IMG/VR virus record: IMGVR_UViG_3300023184_004954
Span: 3,092 to 67,091 of that record
DNA from: a virus
DNA length: 64,000 bases
Direction: 5' to 3' (one strand)
Part shown: piece after piece, positions 56,791 to 64,000 of the stretch
How positions within the stretch are numbered: the first letter of the stretch is position 1
How the letters are laid out: each line of letters starts with the position of its first letter
Translations under genes and position numbers: made by a program
Notes under the pieces: model-generated
What the model saw: the letters and a program-made list of their open reading frames with translations, nothing else
Told to the model about the DNA's origin: nothing
The model's database searches: none

Positions 56791-59124
56791 ATGGCATATC
56801 AAAATATAAATCAATATAATTTTAATAAATTATATCTAAAACCAGTTAATGAGATTTCAGATATATCATTGGCGTCTGATGAAAAAGACTATGATGATGA
56901 AGTAATTTTTTCACCATATCTCATTGCAGACTATGATGGCAACAGGATGCCATTAAAATTTGACTTTAATAGTAAAGAAACTTCCATTTGTATTGGTTGT
57001 GGTGATTTTGAGTCGGATGTTATTGTTTCTGAAAATTATTGGAATCCTGATGGTATAGACTTTTATAATTGTGGGATAACAACTCAATTATGCGATGTTG
57101 GGTTGACAGGTGTGGATAATGGGTTAGTTCAAAGTCTTACAGGTGAAACAATAGAAGTTAATAGTGGGTTATATATCTATGAAAGTCAAATATATAACAG
57201 ATATTTTTATGATAAAAGGTTTAAAATGCACCCAATTGGTGGATTTACGACACCAATTAACAGAATATATAATGACAATTCATATGATTATAATTTAACT
57301 ACAGGTACAACAAATGATAGTATTGGGACATATGTGACGTTAAATGGGGGGTTTTATCAAGGATTTTATAAATTGGCTGAGTATGATTATCAAGTATTAC
57401 CTGAGAGGTTTAATTGGGGATGGAGTACTGAATTTATGTTAAGGTATAGATGGACAGGTAATACTGATGTTGGTTTAAATGTTAGGTATCCTGAAAATAA
57501 AGGAACATTCTTTTATATGGGTGCTAGAGCTGAGAACAAGTTTTATCATTTCGCTAATGGTGAACCTAAGTTAGATTTTAACGGCACTTGGAATTTATTT
57601 GTTCAGGATTTTGAAGGTGCGGATACAGGAAGTATTGATTCTGTTATTTTAACAATATGTCAATCTGGTGTTTGTGAAAATTTTAATTCAAATCAAACTA
57701 ATATTATTATTAATGATAATGTTCCTGCATCAGTATATCCAATAACATTTACCATTACAGGTATAACTGAAAATATTGATAATATATCATTAACATTAGT
57801 TAATTATTTTCATCAATACCCTGGTGACGTTGGTATGGTATTAGTCGCGCCAAATAATCTTCATACAATAATTGCGGGTAGAGAACAATTTCAAAACCCT
57901 GGATATGTTCCTTATACAACAACATTAGATAGTTCGGCAACAACCTTATGGAACGGATTTTCTGGCGGAACATTTATTAATAACCCTTACGCTTTTGAAG
58001 ATATGCCATTCTCATCTCCTTGTCCTTACCAATTTATTGCCGGAGATACAACAAGAAATTTAACAGCATTTACAGACAATAGTTTTTTTAGAACAACAGA
58101 TGGTTTAGATTGTTTATTAACTTGTGGATGTTCAAATTCTGCAAATACTTCTTCATCTTGTAATCACGTTTATCAACAATCAGCAATTACATCAACAAAT
58201 AATATGTGCTCTTGTGGTTGTGGATTAACTATAACCGCAAGTACAGAACAACTAGACCCACTATTTGATAGTGTATCAAACGCTCTTTCAATAAGACTAA
58301 GTGGTGATACAGGAAATCCAAGAATATGTGTTAAAACATATAGAATAACGGGTGGATGCGAAACAACGGGTTCTTGTTCAACAACAGGGTTAACATATAC
58401 CACAGGAACATCTTTAACTGAATGGTGTTCAACAAGTGGAATTTTTGATGATTGTGTTGACACAAATTATGCAACTACTGAGCATTGGGTTCAAATTGAT
58501 GCGGTTTTTGTTAGAGATGTATGGTTAGACACTTGTGATTTAAAATATAAGGGGGGTTTATCCTTGATAGTTAAAGAAGTTTTTACGGCGACTTCAGCAA
58601 ACAATAGTGTTAGTTTAATTACTGAAACTAATCCTGCAAAAACAGAAGTTGTTAATATGAATGAGAAATGGATTAATGAAAAAGATTATAGAAAAGGTAA
58701 ATTTAAAATTTATGTTAATGGAAAACTTTTCTTTATTATTGATGATTTTGAAGAAATAATACCTAGACCATTAAACACAGAAAAAGAAAAACAAATTGGT
58801 GTTCCTTTTAATATTTCATTAGGTGGTGGGACGCAGGGTTTACACGACAATTTAACTTTTTTAGGATGTCCAACTGACCAATATTTTTATACTTCACAAC
58901 AAGACCCAGAATGTTTACCCACAAAAGATTTAAATGAAACCGAATATGCGGGACTACAAACCGACATTTATCTTGAAGAATATTTTGCAGGAAGTTTAAT
59001 TGGTGATATAAGTTCATTTAGAATGTATAATGAACCATTAAATGCCGCACAAATAAAACACAACTTTAGGATTTTACAAACCAAATATGACTTATTAAAT
59101 CCGGATTGTCCTGATTGTAGATAA
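56791..59124 (+). CDS. Virion protein with concanavalin/LamG-like fold and an inserted P-domain
   Basis: C-terminal KIYVNG...GDISSFRMYNEPL..AQI LamG-like signature; Cys-rich segments; P-domain motifs at 57580-58074. Confidence 0.7.
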   Translation: MAYQNINQYNFNKLYLKPVNEISDISLASDEKDYDDEVIFSPYLIADYDGNRMPLKFDFNSKETSICIGCGDFESDVIVSENYWNPDGIDFYNCGITTQLCDVGLTGVDNGLVQSLTGETIEVNSGLYIYESQIYNRYFYDKRFKMHPIGGFTTPINRIYNDNSYDYNLTTGTTNDSIGTYVTLNGGFYQGFYKLAEYDYQVLPERFNWGWSTEFMLRYRWTGNTDVGLNVRYPENKGTFFYMGARAENKFYHFANGEPKLDFNGTWNLFVQDFEGADTGSIDSVILTICQSGVCENFNSNQTNIIINDNVPASVYPITFTITGITENIDNISLTLVNYFHQYPGDVGMVLVAPNNLHTIIAGREQFQNPGYVPYTTTLDSSATTLWNGFSGGTFINNPYAFEDMPFSSPCPYQFIAGDTTRNLTAFTDNSFFRTTDGLDCLLTCGCSNSANTSSSCNHVYQQSAITSTNNMCSCGCGLTITASTEQLDPLFDSVSNALSIRLSGDTGNPRICVKTYRITGGCETTGSCSTTGLTYTTGTSLTEWCSTSGIFDDCVDTNYATTEHWVQIDAVFVRDVWLDTCDLKYKGGLSLIVKEVFTATSANNSVSLITETNPAKTEVVNMNEKWINEKDYRKGKFKIYVNGKLFFIIDDFEEIIPRPLNTEKEKQIGVPFNISLGGGTQGLHDNLTFLGCPTDQYFYTSQQDPECLPTKDLNETEYAGLQTDIYLEEYFAGSLIGDISSFRMYNEPLNAAQIKHNFRILQTKYDLLNPDCPDCR

Positions 59125-59125
59125 T

Positions 59126-59150
59126 AAAAAACCCTCATTTAAGAGGGTTA
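59126..59150. terminator. Terminator between convergent genes
   Basis: aaccctc-atttaa-gagggtt. Confidence 0.65.
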
Positions 59151-59158
59151 TATTTTTA

Positions 59159-59620
59159 TTAATGTCTTGTTTTAAATCTATTAAGTAGTTGTGATTTTGT
59201 CATTTGAAATGTTTTTGGTTTTTCAACTTTAGACTCAATAATTTTTGGTTTTGAACTTTCTTTTGGTTGTTCAAACACTTGAACCCTTAATTTTGGTTTG
59301 TCTTCAACTTGTTCGGTAACAACCACATTTACCTTTTTATTTGTTTTAACATTGAAATCTGAGTTCCACGGCTCAAAATAAACATCATCGGCAATTACTT
59401 CCAATCTGATATTACCTTTTGTTCCTTCAGGTAAAAAATGTTTAGTTTTCGGAATATTAACTTCACATATACCAGTGTTTTCAATGGTACCATTAAACAT
59501 ATAAGACATTTCATTTGTTTCAATTACTAGTCTTACTTTAGATTTTGCTAAGGAAGTTCCTTCAATTTCAATATTACAATTGAATTTGTTTGGTTTGTCA
59601 GTATATAAATTGTATGCCAT
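59159..59620 (-). CDS. Hypothetical (Ig-like) protein
   Basis: 153-aa ORF; TATTTAT ends 5 nt before the ATG. Confidence 0.7.
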   Translation of the reverse strand: MAYNLYTDKPNKFNCNIEIEGTSLAKSKVRLVIETNEMSYMFNGTIENTGICEVNIPKTKHFLPEGTKGNIRLEVIADDVYFEPWNSDFNVKTNKKVNVVVTEQVEDKPKLRVQVFEQPKESSKPKIIESKVEKPKTFQMTKSQLLNRFKTRH

Positions 59621-59637
59621 ATGATATAAATATACTA

Positions 59638-59955
59638 TTATTCGTTAATTTTAATGTTGACTTTAATAAATTTTTGTTCTTTCATTAAAATCTCAACATC
59701 TTTTAATTTTACCTTAACTTTTTTATTTTTATTTTTATTTACATTTGTTTCAAAAACTATCTCATCAACATTTAATTTAACAAACAAACGGATAAGAGTT
59801 TGTTTTTCAGAATCAGTTAATTTTTTTAATCTGTCCTTAACTTTTGTTGTTCCATAACTAATAAGTTTTTCAATTACGCAACCTTCCTTCCAAGTAAATG
59901 GTGTTTCTTTCCACGTAAAGGGGGTATCATCCCAGCTATAACAAATAGAACTCAT
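59638..59955 (-). CDS. Hypothetical protein (W-x-x-T-P-F-T-W repeats)
   Basis: 105-aa ORF. Confidence 0.65.
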   Translation of the reverse strand: MSSICYSWDDTPFTWKETPFTWKEGCVIEKLISYGTTKVKDRLKKLTDSEKQTLIRLFVKLNVDEIVFETNVNKNKNKKVKVKLKDVEILMKEQKFIKVNIKINE

Positions 59956-60087
59956 ACTTTAAATATATTAAAACATAACTATAAAAAAGTAAAATACTTA
60001 ATCACTAACATATTTATAGTTTGGCGACTCAATTATCACTAAATTATGATTGATTTACAAATAACCAAATATTAGTAAAATTACACT

Positions 60088-61980
60088 ATGTCAAATATTT
60101 CAGGTCAGTTAATTAAAGACTCGTATAATTACATACTTCAATCTGATGTTAATACAGGTTTTGTATATCGCGTTGGAGGTGGAGTACCCTCTAATCCTAT
60201 ATTTTCTTCAGGATTAACAATAAGTGGTGCGGCGTTTACTTATAATGATGGTAATCAACAGGTAGGATATGTATTAACTTCTGACGCTTCAGGTAATGCC
60301 GCTTGGGGGCCTATTTCAGGTTCATCTACAGGTAATTTTGTTGAGATAAGTGGTAGTACAATGACGGGTAGGTTATATAACCAATCCGGAATTACTGTTA
60401 CAGGTGACGTTACAACAGATTATGTTATCGCAAAAGGAATCACAGCAACCACAATATCTGCAACTACTCTTCATATTGAAAATGCTGCCGATATTTCTGC
60501 CGGTAGTATAACTGCGGATACATATTCAGGTAATACAATTATTGTAAATAATTTTACCGCCATAACTGTATCGGCAACAACTTATTTGAATTTACCCGAT
60601 AGTGCAGATACAAAAGTAACCGGTTTTAGTTTAAATAATAATGTTATTACATTATCACAAAATAGAACCGACCAATACTCAGCATTCACAATTAGTTTAT
60701 CCGCATACACGGGTAATACCTCATCATCAGGTGATTATCTTCCATTAAGTGGAGGAACAGTAACAGGAAATACAATATTCCAATCGGGTTTAACCGCTAA
60801 CACAATATCGGCAACAACATACTATAATTTACCTGATAATGTTACAGGAAAGTATCTCCCATTAAGTGGTGGTACTGTGACAGGAAATACAATATTCCAA
60901 TCAGGACTAACGGCAAATACAATATCTGCAACAACTTATTATAATTTACCAATTGACCCAGACACTTATGTTACGGGTTTAACTTTAAGTTCAAACACAA
61001 TAACATTATCTCAAAATAGAACAGACCAATATTCAGCATTTACAATAAGTTTATCAGCATATACTGGAACGTCTGTGTCAGGATTATATCTTCCATTAAG
61101 TGGGGGAACTGTAACAGGAGCAACTATATTTCAGAGTGGTCTAACCGCTAACACAATATCCGCAACAACATACTATAATTTACCATCACAAAGTGGAACG
61201 GGTATATCGGCATTTAGTTATAACCAATCAACAGGTATATTAACAATAACCAAAAATGATGCAACATCATTAACTGCAGGAACATTCAGTTATGTTACGG
61301 CAACAACATTGTCAGCAGCAAACGTATTAAGCGTTGCATCAAATGGTACAAGTGCAACAACTACAACTATTAATGCCGTTACTGGCGGAACATATTCTAA
61401 TGGAACAATAACATTAAGTGGTACTGGAAGTGTAAATGGTAATCAAATAACAGGTTTATCGGCATTAACTCCAACAACATTATATAGTGGTGATGGCGCA
61501 TTATCAGGTAATAGAATTGTTAATTTAAGTTCATATACACTTAATTTTAGTTCATCAACAAATCCTGATACACTTGTAATGAGTGGGGGCAGTGTTGGTA
61601 TTAATACCTCAAATGCCACAAATACATTACACGTATCAGGTGCAACCGACCCATTAAGATTAGAGGGTATTCAAACTTCAACAGATACTGAAGTATTAAC
61701 AATAGATGGAAGTGGAGTTGTTCATAAATTACCAATTCCATTTTTAAGAAACAAAACTCATTCAGGAGCAACAGATACAATACAAATAAACGAATCAATT
61801 TTTAATCCGGCAGACTTAACGGTATTAAGTACAAGTGTATTTATTGTTGATACTGATGCCGATTATTACATATTGGGAGACCTATATAATTATGGAAGTA
61901 TAATTGTAAATGGGACTTTAAAAGTTGGAGGGGTTATTTATAATTATGGTAGTATAACGGGTCCTGGAATAATAGAATAA
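60088..61980 (+). CDS. Ser/Thr/Gly-rich tail-fibre-like protein with internal repeats
   Basis: GYVLTSDASGNAAW, three YLPLSGGTVTG repeats and VGINTS...LHVSG fibre motifs. Confidence 0.8.
   Translation: MSNISGQLIKDSYNYILQSDVNTGFVYRVGGGVPSNPIFSSGLTISGAAFTYNDGNQQVGYVLTSDASGNAAWGPISGSSTGNFVEISGSTMTGRLYNQSGITVTGDVTTDYVIAKGITATTISATTLHIENAADISAGSITADTYSGNTIIVNNFTAITVSATTYLNLPDSADTKVTGFSLNNNVITLSQNRTDQYSAFTISLSAYTGNTSSSGDYLPLSGGTVTGNTIFQSGLTANTISATTYYNLPDNVTGKYLPLSGGTVTGNTIFQSGLTANTISATTYYNLPIDPDTYVTGLTLSSNTITLSQNRTDQYSAFTISLSAYTGTSVSGLYLPLSGGTVTGATIFQSGLTANTISATTYYNLPSQSGTGISAFSYNQSTGILTITKNDATSLTAGTFSYVTATTLSAANVLSVASNGTSATTTTINAVTGGTYSNGTITLSGTGSVNGNQITGLSALTPTTLYSGDGALSGNRIVNLSSYTLNFSSSTNPDTLVMSGGSVGINTSNATNTLHVSGATDPLRLEGIQTSTDTEVLTIDGSGVVHKLPIPFLRNKTHSGATDTIQINESIFNPADLTVLSTSVFIVDTDADYYILGDLYNYGSIIVNGTLKVGGVIYNYGSITGPGIIE
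60607..61185 (+). repeat. Coding repeats in the fibre gene
   Basis: Three YLPLSGGTVTGxTIFQSGLTANTISATTYYNLP units and two DTxVTGxxLxxNxITLSQNRTDQYSAFTISLSAYTG units, synonymously diverged. Confidence 0.85.
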
Positions 61981-61997
61981 AATAAAATATAAAATAT

Positions 61998-63797
61998 ATG
62001 CCAAGTTACATAGAATTAGATAAACAATCAACATTTCCGGCATCAAGTAGTATTGGGAAATCTATTTTGGGAATTGGTAGTAATAATTTACTACAAATAA
62101 CCGATAATAATGGTTCTTCTACAAATGTCGCCGGTAACGCAATTAAAACATATGTTGCCAAATTAATTCAAGTTGATACAACTGCATTATATAGTGGTTT
62201 ATTAAAAATTGGAGAACAATACAAAATTACCAGTTATCTTGGAGATGATTTCTCTAATGTTGCAAATGTTATTTCAGGAATTATCAATGAGAATGATTGT
62301 ATTTTTATTGCAACTGGGACAACACCAAGTTATTGGGGTTCTAGTACGGAGATAACTCCTTTAGGAAATCCGATACAATATTCCTTGTTATCAAACACTT
62401 TAGGATATGATACATCATTCTGTTGGGGTAACTATGATTCAAGTAGATATTATTTTAATTTTTTAAATGCTGTTGACCCATCAAAAGTTGCAGCATTTAG
62501 AACTCCAACCATAGAAAGAAATACCAATTGTCTTATATCATATGCAAATCAAACTGAAGCTGAGAGTTTTTCCTACTTAGTTCCGTATTATTTTAATTAT
62601 GGTTTTGATGGTATACCATATACATTATCAGTCCAATCTGATGGAAAAATATTAGCTGGAGGTAATTTTCAATATTACAATAGTCAATATAGAAGTTATA
62701 TCACTAGAATATATCCATCCGGTCAAGATGACACCACATTCTATACAAATTTAATATCAACAGGAAATGCGGCTGGATTTAATAACCAAGTAAATACAAT
62801 TGAAACTCAATCTGATGGAAAGATATTAGTTGGTGGTCAATTTACTCAATTAAATGGAAATGTAAGAAATTATTTAGTTAGACTTAATTCTGATGGAATT
62901 GAAGATGATACGTTCTATACAAACTTAACATCAACTGGTGATACCACAGGTTTTAATAGTCAAGTATATACAATCTCAGTCCAACCTGATGGAAAGATAT
63001 TAGTTGGGGGTGAATTTAATTATTTTAATTCAATCCGTAGACAGATGTGTGTAAGACTTAATTCTGATGGAACTGAAGATACAATATTTTATTCTAATTT
63101 AAGGTCAACCGGTGATAACTCTGGGTTAAATGGAGGAGTTGTTAAGACTATTGTAATTCAATCTGACGGAAAGATATTAGTTGGCGGTAGTTTTACAACA
63201 TTAAACGGAAATACAAGAAATTATTTAGTTAGACTTAACTCTGACGGGACTGAGGACACAGCGTTCTACACTAACTTAATATCAACAGGTGATAACAATG
63301 GGTTTGATAATTCAGTAAGTACAATTGCGGTTCAATCTGATGGAAAGATATTGGTTGGTGGGCAATTTACCACACTAAACGGAAACACTACTTATCAATA
63401 TCTATGTAGATTGGAATCTAACGGAACTCCTGATAGTAGTTATGTTATACAACCTAATAGTCCTATATCGTGTATGGCACTTGAACCAAGTGATTTACTG
63501 GTTATCGGAGGAACGTTTAGCAGGGTATTTGATGGTGATGAGTCAGTGAATGGTTTGGCGAGATTAGATGTTAATGGAAATTTAATTAATAGATTTTCAG
63601 CTACATATTTTGGAGGTGGTTATCCCCAAGCCATTGCTCAACAAGGGTATAATAGATTAATGTTAGCTACAGATTCAGGACAATATTTATACAACCTATA
63701 TAGCGGATTTGATGTTTTCTTAAGTATGACTGACTCTTCTGGTTCACCAAGAGGAGAATTAAATTATATGCCAATTGAAATAAGAAATTATAGTTAA
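61998..63797 (+). CDS. Delta-60-repeat (DUF5122-like) beta-propeller protein, putative receptor-binding/adhesin
   Basis: Five ~61-aa Q[SP]DGKILVGG.F...RLNSDG.ED..FY.NL repeats at 62629-63430. Confidence 0.85.
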   Translation: MPSYIELDKQSTFPASSSIGKSILGIGSNNLLQITDNNGSSTNVAGNAIKTYVAKLIQVDTTALYSGLLKIGEQYKITSYLGDDFSNVANVISGIINENDCIFIATGTTPSYWGSSTEITPLGNPIQYSLLSNTLGYDTSFCWGNYDSSRYYFNFLNAVDPSKVAAFRTPTIERNTNCLISYANQTEAESFSYLVPYYFNYGFDGIPYTLSVQSDGKILAGGNFQYYNSQYRSYITRIYPSGQDDTTFYTNLISTGNAAGFNNQVNTIETQSDGKILVGGQFTQLNGNVRNYLVRLNSDGIEDDTFYTNLTSTGDTTGFNSQVYTISVQPDGKILVGGEFNYFNSIRRQMCVRLNSDGTEDTIFYSNLRSTGDNSGLNGGVVKTIVIQSDGKILVGGSFTTLNGNTRNYLVRLNSDGTEDTAFYTNLISTGDNNGFDNSVSTIAVQSDGKILVGGQFTTLNGNTTYQYLCRLESNGTPDSSYVIQPNSPISCMALEPSDLLVIGGTFSRVFDGDESVNGLARLDVNGNLINRFSATYFGGGYPQAIAQQGYNRLMLATDSGQYLYNLYSGFDVFLSMTDSSGSPRGELNYMPIEIRNYS

Positions 63798-64000
63798 TGA
63801 AAACAATAATAACATTAGATAAGGCGAATCAGCCATACGGATTTCCACAATTAAACGGAAATGGAAACCTCAGCAATATTATTGTTGAGAGTGGACTTAC
63901 CGCAACCACATTAACAATGACAGGGTTAACGTCAAATACATCTGACCCTAACTTATTGAGTATTGACACAAATGGAGTTGTTCATGAATATCCGATATCA
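63797..64000 (+). CDS. Partial fibre-like ORF truncated by the window end
   Basis: TAATG-coupled; MKTIITLDKANQPYG...LSIDTNGVVH resembles LTIDGSGVVH in the upstream fibre. Confidence 0.7.
   Translation, partial: MKTIITLDKANQPYGFPQLNGNGNLSNIIVESGLTATTLTMTGLTSNTSDPNLLSIDTNGVVHEYPIS

Noticed and set aside
527-60017. Canonical T4 TATAAATA promoters acting in antisense, since TATTTATA is its reverse complement
   Set aside because: Motif orientation consistently follows the downstream gene on both strands with fixed spacing to start codons, which fits a sense-strand TATTTAT element better
60088-63797. Diversity-generating retroelement template/variable repeats
   Set aside because: Repeats are in-frame protein repeats differing at synonymous positions rather than adenine-specific sites, and no reverse transcriptase is in the window
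1-64000. Stop-codon reassignment (alternative genetic code), as seen in some large phages
   Set aside because: Core genes are full length and densely packed under the standard code; no suppressor tRNA is seen

Overview
This window is a 64-kb AT-rich segment of a large T4-superfamily (jumbo-type) myophage. It most likely infects Bacteroidota, based on TTTG-N19-21-TAnnTTTG promoters, no Shine-Dalgarno sites, a Bacteroidota-type bS21 and a DUF4494-like gene. In order it holds: (1) a tmRNA, a peptidase, an array of repeated expression cassettes, ClpC/Hsp20, KTSC and nucleotidyltransferase genes; (2) the head module (terminase, portal, bS21, prohead protease, scaffold, major capsid) followed by an HNH gene, an aaRS-like gene and a SlyD-like gene; (3) baseplate genes and a gp55-like late sigma factor; (4) a ~19-kb glycosylation/nucleotide operon; (5) kinase and WYL genes and tail-fibre genes. 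The best candidate for an undescribed system is a set of ~135-bp repeated units, each made of a terminator, a TATTTAT late promoter and a 23-codon RLTESDxxRLVKRVIKE leader, fused to unrelated cargo ORFs. This suggests a shuffleable capsid-loading system. Other notable signals are bimodal promoter-to-start spacing suggesting leaderless late mRNAs, a recurrent [ST][GA]x[TS] motif in virion proteins, a uORF/terminator attenuator, and a circularly permuted P-domain. All calls come from motif recognition by eye; no database searches were run.
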